This document shows positions 19,321 to 29,211 of a stretch of DNA of 64,000 nucleotides, in pieces. Positions within the stretch are counted from its first letter, which is position 1. Each line of letters opens with the position of its first letter. The notes beneath the pieces are model-generated. The model did not search any database, was not told where the DNA came from, and was given only the letters and a program-made list of their open reading frames with translations. Origin of the DNA: Candidatus Gottesmanbacteria bacterium GW2011_GWA2_43_14 (GTDB lineage Bacteria; Patescibacteriota; Microgenomatia; 2-02-FULL-39-11); contig LCFP01000001.1 in the NCBI GenBank assembly GCA_000999095.1, positions 74,230-138,229 on the forward strand, written 5' to 3'. Position numbers and translations under genes: made by a program.

Positions 19321-20637
19321 TCAGTATTTCAACGCCTCCAAATTTTTTTGCATGGCCTTGCTTGTTAAAACAACTCTGTTTTTCCTCACTTCGTAATTGG
19401 CATTTTTCAGTAAAGCAAAGGACTGATCGGGCAAATCTTTATCCAGACAGACACCCGAACCGACAAAAGAATTGCTGCCTATTTTAACCCCGGGCATGAG
19501 TGAACAATTGACCCCAAGCCTGGAGTTTCTCCCGATAACCGCTCCGAGTTTTATCCGGCCGGTAGACAACAGATTGCCGTTGACTTCTGATTTGACCATA
19601 CCCCCATCAAGGCGGTAATTGGCAATGACCGCACCGGAACCTAACGAATTGTTATCCAGGACAACTGAGTCACCGATAAAATTATGGTGAAACCAGCAGT
19701 TATGGCCGATATAACTGCGGACGATCTCCGTCGAGTAGCCGATAACTGCGTTGTTCCCTATGTGGGACTGGCGGATTAAGGCATTTTGACCTACCAGGCT
19801 GTTTCTGCCGATGAAGGCCGGACCGGCAATTTTGGCATTTTCCAATATGGTTACACCGTCCTCAAGTATTACTTCTCCCTCAATCTTCGCTGACTTGTCA
19901 ATTTTGACTTTTCCCAGGCGTTTTTTTATGCCTGACAGGTAAAAATCACTGATTGCAAGAACATGCCAGGGATATTTAAGATAGCCCCAGTAGCCGTTAT
20001 AGGGCAGGAGTTTAATAACTGTGCCTTTTTTTATTAATACTTCCTTAGCTTTTTCATACCTGTCGTCGCGGCCGGTTCTGACTTCATTTATGGCTGACAG
20101 GAGGCTGTCGGCATCCTGCCAGTAATCAAAGACGATATTGACCAGGCTGCTGGGCAAATTGGCCGGGTCAGGTTTTTCCACAATCTCGGTGATGACGCCG
20201 TCCCTTTCAGCCAGGTAACCCCCGGGAAAATATTCTTCCATATGCTTGCCTACCAAAACCGCCTGAGGATCTTTAGCATAAAGAGCCGCAAATTCGTCTA
20301 AAAGATAATCTTCCACAATGTCGGACGGTCCGACTATCAGGATTTTTTTACCTTTCCAATAAGGAGCGGCTGAAGTGATGGCTCCGGCCATCCCGGGCTG
20401 CTTATCCTGGATAATTGTCTTAACTGTGCATCCTTTCGGGAATTCCAGCTGTTTAAAGGCATTTTCATTGTTTTTATTGATAATGACGATAATATCCCTG
20501 ATGCCTTTGCGGTAAAGCTGATTAACGGAATGCAGAATCAGGGGTTGGCCTAAAAACGAAACTAACAGTTTATTTTCAACCGGCCAAACCCTGGTCGAAC
20601 TGCCGCCAGCCAGGAGCAATGCCTGAATCTTTTTCAT
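19321..20637 (-). CDS. glmU: Bifunctional sugar-1-phosphate nucleotidyltransferase / left-handed beta-helix acetyltransferase (GlmU-like)
   Basis: 438 aa. N-terminus LLAGGSSTRVWP has the nucleotidyltransferase G-loop. The C-terminal hexapeptide repeats are (I/V)G.N. Sits between glmS and murA. Confidence 0.6.
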   Translation of the reverse strand: MKKIQALLLAGGSSTRVWPVENKLLVSFLGQPLILHSVNQLYRKGIRDIIVIINKNNENAFKQLEFPKGCTVKTIIQDKQPGMAGAITSAAPYWKGKKILIVGPSDIVEDYLLDEFAALYAKDPQAVLVGKHMEEYFPGGYLAERDGVITEIVEKPDPANLPSSLVNIVFDYWQDADSLLSAINEVRTGRDDRYEKAKEVLIKKGTVIKLLPYNGYWGYLKYPWHVLAISDFYLSGIKKRLGKVKIDKSAKIEGEVILEDGVTILENAKIAGPAFIGRNSLVGQNALIRQSHIGNNAVIGYSTEIVRSYIGHNCWFHHNFIGDSVVLDNNSLGSGAVIANYRLDGGMVKSEVNGNLLSTGRIKLGAVIGRNSRLGVNCSLMPGVKIGSNSFVGSGVCLDKDLPDQSFALLKNANYEVRKNRVVLTSKAMQKNLEALKY

Positions 20638-21968
20638 GTATTGTCCTCCATTCTTTCTATGTCAGCCCCGATTTTTTTTAATCTGAGGTCAATATTTTCA
20701 TAACCGCGGTCCACATGGTCAATACCGTAAATTATACTCTCACCCGTTGCCAGGAGTGCTGCCAATATCAGGGTAGCACCGGCCCGAAGATCCGTCATCT
20801 CCAGAAATGCTTCATGAAGATAAGAACCGCCTCTGATTCTGATTGCCTGGTAAGTGTTAACCTTGCGGTCTGACCAGTTGAAATTATAGAACTTCTTGGG
20901 ATTTCTCACCTTTGGGGAAAAGCCCTCTATATCTGCCCCCATTTTTAATAATTCGCTGACGTAGCTGAAACGGTCTTCAAAAACAGTTTCGTGGATTGTT
21001 GAAATTCCGTCAGCCTGGGTCATCAGTATAGCCCAGGGAGCCTGCCAGTCAGTCATGAAACCCGGATGCGGACTGGTCGTCACCCGTGAGGCCTTAATTT
21101 TTTTACGTGGACGGTAAAACCTGATGGTTTCATCATCTTTTATTTCAAAACCTGCACCTATTTCTGCCAGTTTCCCAAGAAAAGTTGATAATTCCTTTTT
21201 TCTGGCTCCGCGGATAACCAAATCGCCTCCGGTTGCCACGGCACCTACGGCAAAAGTCACTGCTTCGTTCCGGTCCGGCATAATATCAAATTTGGCTCCC
21301 GTCATTTTTTTAACTCCGTAAACGACAATCGTCTTTGACTCTGTCCTTTTTATTCTGGCGCCCATGCTGTTTAACAGCTTCATCAGGTCGTCTATCTCAG
21401 GCTCCATGGCCGCATTCTCGATGACGGTTTCGCCATCGGCCAAAACTGCAGCCAGCATCATTGTTTCTGTCCCGGTATGGGTATTCTTGTCAAACTTGAA
21501 CCGTGTACCTTTCAGTCTGTGTGCCGTAGCATAAAAAAAACCTTCGTCATATTTGATTGACGCGCCCATTTTCGACAGGCCTTTAATATGCCAGTCAACC
21601 GGCCGTTTTCCCAGACGGCAACCGCCCGGATTGGGCACTACCGCCTTGCCGAACCTGGCCAACAACGGCCCCATTACCATGGTAGCTGTCCTGAATAATC
21701 CTCCCATGGCTAAAGGCACAGTATGCGAGTTAAGACTGCCTCCTTCAATTTTTAAGGTATGGTCGGGCTTGCTGGTGACTTTTACTCCCAAACATCTGAC
21801 CAGTTCAGCCGTACCCTCGACCGAAGTAATCTGGGGTATATTGCCTATTTCTACAGATTTGTCGGTCAAAAGCCCGGCTAAAACCACCTTCATAGCCACA
21901 TTTTTAGCACCGCTGACCGTAATTTCCCCTTTAAGCTTGCTGCCTTCTTTTATTTTCAAAAATTGCAT
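20634..21968 (-). CDS. murA: UDP-N-acetylglucosamine 1-carboxyvinyltransferase MurA
   Basis: 444 aa. EPSP-synthase fold. Active-site Cys context NPGGCRLGKRPVD. N-terminus KLKGEITVSGAKN. Confidence 0.9.
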   Translation of the reverse strand: MQFLKIKEGSKLKGEITVSGAKNVAMKVVLAGLLTDKSVEIGNIPQITSVEGTAELVRCLGVKVTSKPDHTLKIEGGSLNSHTVPLAMGGLFRTATMVMGPLLARFGKAVVPNPGGCRLGKRPVDWHIKGLSKMGASIKYDEGFFYATAHRLKGTRFKFDKNTHTGTETMMLAAVLADGETVIENAAMEPEIDDLMKLLNSMGARIKRTESKTIVVYGVKKMTGAKFDIMPDRNEAVTFAVGAVATGGDLVIRGARKKELSTFLGKLAEIGAGFEIKDDETIRFYRPRKKIKASRVTTSPHPGFMTDWQAPWAILMTQADGISTIHETVFEDRFSYVSELLKMGADIEGFSPKVRNPKKFYNFNWSDRKVNTYQAIRIRGGSYLHEAFLEMTDLRAGATLILAALLATGESIIYGIDHVDRGYENIDLRLKKIGADIERMEDNT

Positions 21969-21973
21969 ATCAT

Positions 21974-22978
21974 TCAGTTTTTTTCTTCGGGAATAACTAA
22001 AATTTCCGTTTCGAGTTTCAGACGGAACTTGTCATTGACCATTTGTCTGACCAGATCTATTAATTTTAGCACATCGGCAGATGTCGCCCGGCCTGTATGC
22101 GTAATGAAATTAGCATGTCTGCCGGAAATGGTAGCCCCGCCAATTCTCTTGCCTTTGAGACCCAGAGAGTCTATCAGAAAACCGGCTGATACCGTATAGT
22201 CAGGAGTGGCCAGCCTGACAGCATCGCTTTTTTTTATGTTCCGGAAGATGCAGCCTGCCGAAAATTCGCCTTTTGGCTGGGTCGAAGTTCGGTAGAGCAT
22301 AGTTTCCCGTGCCGTAGCCCAGATACTTTCTTTATCGCTGACCCGTTTAAAGGCGAAAGTTGCAGTCAACACAATTTCCCCGGTTTTCTGCAGGACAGAC
22401 CTGTCATAACCGAAGCGGAAATATTCTCTTGTTTCTTTCCTGACGCCGTTTCCCGGTTTGAAAACGACGGCGCTGGTTAACTGTTCTCCGAAAAAGCGCT
22501 TTTTGACGATGTTATGGGCATTGATCCATATAGCGCCTCCGATGGTTCCTGGCTGGCCAAGGAAAAATTCCAGACCGGACAAACCCTGATCCAAAGAGTA
22601 TCTGACCAGCCTGTTGACGCCTGCACCTGAATCAGCTTCCAGAAAAACCGTGTTTATCAAGGATTCCCCTCCTCCTCCCTTGAGACTGTCACCTTTGAGT
22701 CCGGCCAGGCGGATACCGGCCATTTCATTTTTGACGACCAGACCGCGGAAGCCTTTGTCGGAAAACAGGACGTTCGTTCCTCCTCCCAGAATAAAATAAG
22801 GAACCCCGTTTTCAACAGCCAAACCGACTGCCACAAACAGGTCATCCTGTTGGCTTGCTTTCAGGAAAAAATCAGCCGGCCCTCCCAGACGCAGGCTGGT
22901 GTATTTACCGAGATTTTCATTTATAAGCACGCGGCCGTCTCCGAATTTATTTTTCAGCTTGTCATAAAAAGTCATCAT
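21974..22978 (-). CDS. murB: UDP-N-acetylenolpyruvoylglucosamine reductase MurB
   Basis: 334 aa. FAD-binding N-terminus LGGPADFF, GGGTNVL, and a MurB C-terminal domain. Confidence 0.85.
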   Translation of the reverse strand: MMTFYDKLKNKFGDGRVLINENLGKYTSLRLGGPADFFLKASQQDDLFVAVGLAVENGVPYFILGGGTNVLFSDKGFRGLVVKNEMAGIRLAGLKGDSLKGGGGESLINTVFLEADSGAGVNRLVRYSLDQGLSGLEFFLGQPGTIGGAIWINAHNIVKKRFFGEQLTSAVVFKPGNGVRKETREYFRFGYDRSVLQKTGEIVLTATFAFKRVSDKESIWATARETMLYRTSTQPKGEFSAGCIFRNIKKSDAVRLATPDYTVSAGFLIDSLGLKGKRIGGATISGRHANFITHTGRATSADVLKLIDLVRQMVNDKFRLKLETEILVIPEEKN

Positions 22979-24387
22979 AATTCAGCCAGTATTGTTATAA
23001 GATCCGCGTGCCATCTGTATAAATTGCCGGCTCCCACAGTCATCAGTATGTCCCCCTGACGGACCGTTTGTTTCACATAATTTAAAACCTCTGCTTTACT
23101 ACGGACCAAAACAGCCTTACCGTCCAAGCGCTTGACTGCCTCAACCAGGAGGGAGGAACTGACTGACGGATCAGCTTTTTCCCTGGCTGAGGGAAATATT
23201 TCCGCCACGGCTGACACGTCGGCTAATGTCAAAGCTTGGGCAAAAGGTTCCAGCAGTTTTTTTGTCCGGGAATAAGTATGGGGTTGAAAAATGACAATAA
23301 TCCGGCGGTTCCTGTACCAGTCTCTGACTGAATTTAAGGTGGCGGTAATTTCCGTGGGGTGATGGGCATAATCATCATACAGGCTGATTCGGTCTTTTTC
23401 ATATATTTTTTCCATACGGCGGTTGCCCCCTGTGTATTTTTTCAGGCCTTCCTTTATTTGTGCCCAGGACAAATTGGCAACCAGGTTACAGGCTGTCATG
23501 GCAGCCAGGGCGTTAAGAAGGTTATGCCTGCCCGGAACTTTTACCATAAATTCACCGATTTCCTCGCCTTTAACTTCCACCGTCATAAAAGATACCCCTT
23601 CGGAAATATGATATTTTTTTATACGGAAGTCCGCTCTCGGTGAGAAGCCGTAAGTGGCAATTTTAGTATGCTTTATTTTTTGCAGAAGCTCAGAAGATTC
23701 TGCGTCATCCTGGCAGGCTACCAAATGGTCGCCGTTTTCCAGCGTATTTAAGGCAAACTGGAAATATGCCGCTTTGACTTCCTCAAGGTTGCGGTAGGCA
23801 TCGGGATGGTCAAATTCTATATTGGTGATAACCGCCAGGGAGGGTTTCTGCCAGAAAAATCTGGGTGTCGGGTCAGTGACCGGGCAAGTCATGTATTCGT
23901 CTGCCTCAGCCACAAAAAATTTCCCCCTGCCGGCATGTCCGGCAGCTCCCAGACCGTTGATATAGGCTGTACCGATTGCATAAGAAGGATCCAGGTTGGC
24001 AGATGACAGGATCATCGCGATCATGGAAGAAGTGGTCGTTTTACCGTGGCAGCCAGCCACGGAAATCCCCTGATAACCGGACATTACCGAGCCGATATAC
24101 CGGCCGTGCATGGAAACGGGAAGGCCGATTTTTTTAGCTTGAACAGCTTCCGGATTCGACATGCCTCCGTGGGCGCCGGTAACTATGACCGCGTCATATT
24201 TTTCGGTTATGTTTTCCTTGCTGAATCCTAATTTATGGGATATGCCTGCTTCGGCCAGCATGCGGTCGGTAAAAAAAGTTTCCGCTACATCGGAACCTGT
24301 GACTTTAAAGCCTTTTTCCTTGAGATAAACGGCCATGGCTGTCATGGCAACGCCTTTAATTCCGATCAGATAAGCTTTTTTTTTCAT
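22975..24387 (-). CDS. murC: UDP-N-acetylmuramate--L-alanine ligase MurC
   Basis: 470 aa. N-terminus GIKGVAMTAMAVYLKEKGFKVTGSD plus P-loop AGCHGKTTTSSMIA. Confidence 0.9.
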   Translation of the reverse strand: MKKKAYLIGIKGVAMTAMAVYLKEKGFKVTGSDVAETFFTDRMLAEAGISHKLGFSKENITEKYDAVIVTGAHGGMSNPEAVQAKKIGLPVSMHGRYIGSVMSGYQGISVAGCHGKTTTSSMIAMILSSANLDPSYAIGTAYINGLGAAGHAGRGKFFVAEADEYMTCPVTDPTPRFFWQKPSLAVITNIEFDHPDAYRNLEEVKAAYFQFALNTLENGDHLVACQDDAESSELLQKIKHTKIATYGFSPRADFRIKKYHISEGVSFMTVEVKGEEIGEFMVKVPGRHNLLNALAAMTACNLVANLSWAQIKEGLKKYTGGNRRMEKIYEKDRISLYDDYAHHPTEITATLNSVRDWYRNRRIIVIFQPHTYSRTKKLLEPFAQALTLADVSAVAEIFPSAREKADPSVSSSLLVEAVKRLDGKAVLVRSKAEVLNYVKQTVRQGDILMTVGAGNLYRWHADLITILAEL

Positions 24388-25046
24388 CAGCCTTTGCTAC
24401 TTTCTAATTGTATTATAGAAAAATTCCGCAATAATGTTTTATCCCTGCGGAATGAAGCATATTCCGGATTGCACGATGTGCAAATAGCGGTATCCTCCAT
24501 ATTGCCTGCAGACAGACCCGCATCACTCAACTGCCTTTGCGCTACCACAGATAAATCTAAATAAAAAGACTGATGCCGTTCTTCAAAAAATTTTACTCCC
24601 GGTATTTTGCGGGTAAAATTTTCAATGAGTTCACTTCCGACCTGATAACAGCATCTTCTTATGTGTGGCCCTATGGCCACCTGTAATTCGGATACATCCG
24701 CTCCCAAATCCTTCAGTTTTCTTACCGCATTCTGAAGAATGCCGGCGCTTAAACCGCGCCATCCTGCATGGACGGCACCGATCAGTTTTTTACCGGTCGA
24801 AAAGAATAATAGAGGCAGGCAGTCGGCAGTTCTGATTATAAGACTCCTGCCTTCGGAGGCAATAATACCGTCACAACCTTCATAATACTTCTTCCTCGAG
24901 GCTACGGAAATATTTCCGCTATGGATCTGTGCGCAGGAAGAAGCTTCTTTAATGTTTTTGTCATACAAACCTGAAACTGACTCTGCCTGATTCAAAAAGT
25001 GATGGCTCAGCCCAACCGGGGCTTGGAGATTTTTTGCCTGTATCAT
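24387..25046 (-). CDS. pgeF: Peptidoglycan editing factor PgeF (YfiH/DUF152 laccase-domain protein)
   Basis: 219 aa with conserved ADCLP and HAGWRG motifs. Confidence 0.85.
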   Translation of the reverse strand: MIQAKNLQAPVGLSHHFLNQAESVSGLYDKNIKEASSCAQIHSGNISVASRKKYYEGCDGIIASEGRSLIIRTADCLPLLFFSTGKKLIGAVHAGWRGLSAGILQNAVRKLKDLGADVSELQVAIGPHIRRCCYQVGSELIENFTRKIPGVKFFEERHQSFYLDLSVVAQRQLSDAGLSAGNMEDTAICTSCNPEYASFRRDKTLLRNFSIIQLESSKG

Positions 25047-25049
25047 AAA

Positions 25050-26267
25050 TTAAGCGGAGAGTGCTTTATTAACTGCCTGTCTTTCATCCCAAGGATATTC
25101 TGTTTTGCCGTAGCACATCGATTGCTCGTGCCCTTTACCGCAGATGATCACCGTATCCCCCGCCCCGGCCAGTTTGCGGATGGCAAAATTGATGGCTTCC
25201 TGCCGGTCAGGAATGCGGAAAAAATATTTTCCCTTCTCGGAAGGCGGCTGTCCGTTCTTTTTCTCCAATTCCTTCATGCCCGATCTCAGACAGCCTTGAG
25301 CTATTTGGGTAATGATCTTGCGTACATCCTCGGTCCGGGGGTCTTCAGCTGTAAGGACTGCATAATCCGCAATTTTACCGGCCACCTCTCCCATGATCGG
25401 CCTTTTTAATCGGTCCCTCAACCCTGCTGAACCGAATACGACTATCAGCTTTTTTTTTGTCTGTGATCTGGCAAAAATCAGGGCTTGGCTCAAAGCGTTT
25501 ATTTTATGGGCAAAATCAATCATAATTTTCAGCCCCCGCCTGTTTTTAACCTCTTCCATTCTGCCGGGAATGCCGTTAAAACTTTTTAAACCATTTTCAG
25601 CCGCTTCCAAATCCACTCCGCTTTCCCGGGCTGCAGCTACAGCTGCCAACATATTGGCTTTCTGAAATTGGGCCAATCCATCCGGCAGTTTAACTTTGTC
25701 GGGTGTAAAATCGGCTGTTTTATCCAGGGAAAAAGTAACAATTCCCCCTCTGGCCTTTTTTTTCAGGTAACTATAATTTTCATCGTCTTTATTTAAGACA
25801 ACCGTTTTGGCCCCTTGCATGATCCTGGCTTTGGCATTACGGTAATTCTCCATATTGCCGTGGTAATCCAGATGTTCATGGGAAATATTGGTAATGACAG
25901 CCGCATCAATTGAAGTCCCCAGTGTACGGAACTGGTCCAAAGCATGTGAAGTTGTTTCCAGGACAAGATAACGGCTGCCTTCCTTCAGGGCTTTTTTTAT
26001 CAGCTTCTGCAGGAAAAAAGGCGACGGAGTGGTGACATGAAATCCGGTATCATAATTTTCATTCCCTATGACCGCTTTGACAGTCGAGATCATGGAGACG
26101 GGCAGTTTTGCTTTTTTTAAGATATGGAACAAAATAAAAGCAGTTGAAGTTTTGCCGTCTGTACCGGTGATGGCTAAAACCATCATTTTACGGGCCGGGT
26201 AGCCGTAAACAAAACAGGCGGAAAGCGCCATTAAAAAGTGGCCAAAATTTTTTATACGGCGCATCAT
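25050..26267 (-). CDS. murE: Mur ligase; MurE by position and DPR motif. It lacks the usual N-terminal domain.
   Basis: 405 aa. P-loop GTDGKTST lies only about 35 residues from the N-terminus. AEDPRTED resembles the MurE D(N/D)PR substrate-specificity motif. Position directly after ftsI is canonical for murE. Confidence 0.7.
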   Translation of the reverse strand: MMRRIKNFGHFLMALSACFVYGYPARKMMVLAITGTDGKTSTAFILFHILKKAKLPVSMISTVKAVIGNENYDTGFHVTTPSPFFLQKLIKKALKEGSRYLVLETTSHALDQFRTLGTSIDAAVITNISHEHLDYHGNMENYRNAKARIMQGAKTVVLNKDDENYSYLKKKARGGIVTFSLDKTADFTPDKVKLPDGLAQFQKANMLAAVAAARESGVDLEAAENGLKSFNGIPGRMEEVKNRRGLKIMIDFAHKINALSQALIFARSQTKKKLIVVFGSAGLRDRLKRPIMGEVAGKIADYAVLTAEDPRTEDVRKIITQIAQGCLRSGMKELEKKNGQPPSEKGKYFFRIPDRQEAINFAIRKLAGAGDTVIICGKGHEQSMCYGKTEYPWDERQAVNKALSA

Positions 26268-26326
26268 AAAGGCTTTTATTATAACAAAAAACCGGAGGAA
26301 AGTTTAATTCCGGCCGGAAGTATTAA

Positions 26327-27997
26327 TTACTGGATTTGGTAATAGGAGATGAGGTCTTGGGCTATGGTGAAAAAGAGAGGAGCGGCTGTTTCCGAACCCC
26401 AGGGTGAGGTAGTCGGTTCGCGCAGGGTTACCAGCATGACAAATTTGGGGTTGTCAGCAGGCAGGAAACCCACAAACGAAGCAATAGTTTTTTCCGTATC
26501 ATAATGGCCTGAGATAGGTATTTGGGCTGTGCCGGTTTTGCCGGCAACCCTGATACCGATCGGTTTAAGGAATTTAGTCTCCCCTTTCTCCACTGCCTGA
26601 ACCATCATTTCCTTAACCAGGGATGCGGCTCCGGCAGAAAAAATCCTCTTTTGAATTTTCGGTTTGACGGTTATGACCCTGCCGCTATTTTCCCTGATTT
26701 TGGAAACAACCGCCGGCTGAACTAATTGCCCGCCGTTGGCTATGGCGGCTACTGCCCTGATCATCTGCAAAGGGGTTGCAGCAATGCCCTGTCCGAAAGA
26801 GACTGTGGCAAAATCAATGGTATACCATTTATTTTCAGGACGGAGCTCCGGAGTCCCTTCATCCTGAAGATCAATATCGGTCAGATCGCCGAACCCCAAA
26901 TTTTTTATATATTTCAGCAAATTGTCATTGCCCAATTTTTCTGCAATGAAGACCATGCCGACATTTGATGAATACTGGAGAATTTCCGGGACTTTTATCA
27001 TGCCGTGGTATTCCTGATTCCAGGTTTTTATCTGATACTGGCCAATTGTAACCGGGCCTTTTTCATCATACTCCATATCCGCACTGACTTTGTCTTCATT
27101 AACAGCCGAAGCCATCACCAGGACTTTGAACGTTGATCCCGGTTCAAAAGATGAAGCGATAGCCGGATTTTTATAGAAGGACTCGTCAAATTCTTGGCGA
27201 TTGACGGGATCGTAGGAAGGAAAGGAAGCCATACTTAAAATAGCACCGGTTGCCGGCTCCATAACAATTACACTGCCCCCTGCTGCACCGTATTTTTCCA
27301 GGCCTTTTTTTAATTTATCCTCAACGATATACTGGACTGTCCGGTCAAGGGAAAGGATAAGGTCGCGCCCGTTTTCCGCTCTGACTACCGTCCGGTCGCC
27401 GGCGATGATGGGATTACCTGAAGGATCCCTTTCTTCCCGAAGGTAGCCGTTTCTTCCTTTAAGCTGGTCGTCATAAAAACCTTCCAAACCGAAATAACCC
27501 TGGTCATCCCCGTTTTGGTTTTTTCCCACGAAACCTAAAAGATGGGCTGCCATCGAAGCTTCCGGATAAAATCTTTTGGCATCTTCAATTAGGCCTATTC
27601 CCGGTAAATTAACCTTCTTCAGTTTATCTGCTGTTTCAGTTTCTACTTTTTCGGCTATAGGCACCCAACTCAGCTTGTCGTTGTTTAATTTGGCAGAAAC
27701 AGAGGCGCTGTCCAAAGATAATATTTCCGACAGTTGTTTAATAGTCGACTCCTTGTCGCGCATGCTTTTCGGCTCGGCAAAAACCAGGTAAGCAGGCTGG
27801 TTTATAACCAAAGGTGAATTGTCTGACGAATAAATACTTCCCCTTGCCGCTTTCTCGATTGAGGAGATATTGGTTTGTTGGCTGGCAATAAACTTTAAAG
27901 AATCAAAAGAAAATACCTGCCAGTAAAAAAGGCGCAGGCAGATAGCCAGAAAAAAGAACAGAAAAATTCCGAAAACCAGGTATAACCGTTTTTCCAT
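26327..27997 (-). CDS. ftsI: Class B penicillin-binding protein (PBP2/FtsI) transpeptidase
   Basis: 556 aa. N-terminal TM, then SxxK (GSTFKV), SxN (YSSNVG) and KTG(T) (AGKTGTAQ) motifs. Confidence 0.9.
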   Translation of the reverse strand: MEKRLYLVFGIFLFFFLAICLRLFYWQVFSFDSLKFIASQQTNISSIEKAARGSIYSSDNSPLVINQPAYLVFAEPKSMRDKESTIKQLSEILSLDSASVSAKLNNDKLSWVPIAEKVETETADKLKKVNLPGIGLIEDAKRFYPEASMAAHLLGFVGKNQNGDDQGYFGLEGFYDDQLKGRNGYLREERDPSGNPIIAGDRTVVRAENGRDLILSLDRTVQYIVEDKLKKGLEKYGAAGGSVIVMEPATGAILSMASFPSYDPVNRQEFDESFYKNPAIASSFEPGSTFKVLVMASAVNEDKVSADMEYDEKGPVTIGQYQIKTWNQEYHGMIKVPEILQYSSNVGMVFIAEKLGNDNLLKYIKNLGFGDLTDIDLQDEGTPELRPENKWYTIDFATVSFGQGIAATPLQMIRAVAAIANGGQLVQPAVVSKIRENSGRVITVKPKIQKRIFSAGAASLVKEMMVQAVEKGETKFLKPIGIRVAGKTGTAQIPISGHYDTEKTIASFVGFLPADNPKFVMLVTLREPTTSPWGSETAAPLFFTIAQDLISYYQIQ

Positions 27998-28002
27998 TTG
28001 CT

Positions 28003-28302
28003 TTAGAGAGTCTTGCCGATATCGGCAATCGGCTGGGGCTTGGCCAATGATACCACTTGCGGACTGGAATTGAAACCTAATGTCTCTGCTTTTTGGGCAA
28101 TTGAGGCGATCGAAGAGGATGAAGCAATTTTCTGGGACAGAATGAGGTTTTCCGTTTCCATGCGTTCTATTTCAGAATTAATCTCGCGGTATTTGCGGCC
28201 GTATGTTGAATCATAGTTAAATAGGACTACATGTACCGCAATAGACAGGACGGCTACAGTAAGTGAAGCGATTTTGATGAATTTTTCAGTTTTATTTGTC
28301 AT
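28003..28302 (-). CDS. ftsL: FtsL-like small bitopic division protein
   Basis: 99 aa. One TM helix followed by a heptad/coiled-coil region. Sits in the conserved position between rsmH and ftsI. Confidence 0.55.
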   Translation of the reverse strand: MTNKTEKFIKIASLTVAVLSIAVHVVLFNYDSTYGRKYREINSEIERMETENLILSQKIASSSSIASIAQKAETLGFNSSPQVVSLAKPQPIADIGKTL

Positions 28303-29198
28303 ATTTTTTCGGCTGCCCGTAATTTAGCTGACCGGGCTCTCGGATTTAATTTAATCTCCGGAAAATCCGCTCTGATCGGATTTTTAGTGACTATCTTCAG
28401 TTTTCTTTGTACTTTGTTTTCCCGAAAAATCTGCTTCACCAGTCTGTCTTCCAGTGAGTGATAACTTAAAGCTATTACTCTGCCTCCCGGCTGCAGCATT
28501 TCGATTGCCTGAGTCAGACCCCTGTTAATTGTGCTTAACTCCGAGTTAACTTCAATTCTCAATGACTGATAAATTCTGGCTAAAACCTGATCCTTATGCC
28601 TTTCTTCTCCTGTCAGTTGTTTTTTAATAATGCTGTTTAGTTCGCCGACCTTATTGATATGGCCTCTTAAGGTACGGGCGCGAACAATAGCGTCAGCAAT
28701 TGTCCGAGAACTGAGTTCTTCAGCATATTTTGCAAATATTTCATAAAGTTGCTCCTTGGAATACTGGTTAACAACTCCGGCCGCGGTTAATTCGTCCGTT
28801 CCGGCGAATCTCATATCCAAAGCTTCATCCGGTTTTCTGAATGAAAAACCCCTGCCTGACCGGTCCAACTGGTGCGATGAAACACCCAGATCAAATATAA
28901 TTCCCCGGACTTTTTCAAAACCATTATCAAGAGCTGTCTCCTTCAGCCCGGCGAAGCTTCCGCGGTGAATTACCAACTTATCATCCCCAATACGTTTATC
29001 CGCCGCTATTTTTTTTACTTGTTCGACTGCCTGCGGATCAAGATCAATACCCAGGACTTTGCCACCCATTCCGATTATGGCGAAAGCGTAACCCCCGCCG
29101 CCTAATGTCGCGTCTAGATACTGCCTGTCTTTTTCAATTTTTAAAAGTTCAATTACTTTGGGAAGGAGTACCGGTCGGTGATAGTCGGATAAAATCAT
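28299..29198 (-). CDS. rsmH: 16S rRNA (cytosine1402-N4)-methyltransferase RsmH (MraW)
   Basis: 299 aa. N-terminus HRPVLL...DATLGGGGYA matches the RsmH motif. Follows mraZ. Confidence 0.9.
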   Translation of the reverse strand: MILSDYHRPVLLPKVIELLKIEKDRQYLDATLGGGGYAFAIIGMGGKVLGIDLDPQAVEQVKKIAADKRIGDDKLVIHRGSFAGLKETALDNGFEKVRGIIFDLGVSSHQLDRSGRGFSFRKPDEALDMRFAGTDELTAAGVVNQYSKEQLYEIFAKYAEELSSRTIADAIVRARTLRGHINKVGELNSIIKKQLTGEERHKDQVLARIYQSLRIEVNSELSTINRGLTQAIEMLQPGGRVIALSYHSLEDRLVKQIFRENKVQRKLKIVTKNPIRADFPEIKLNPRARSAKLRAAEKI

Positions 29199-29211
29199 AG
29201 GCAGAATGATT

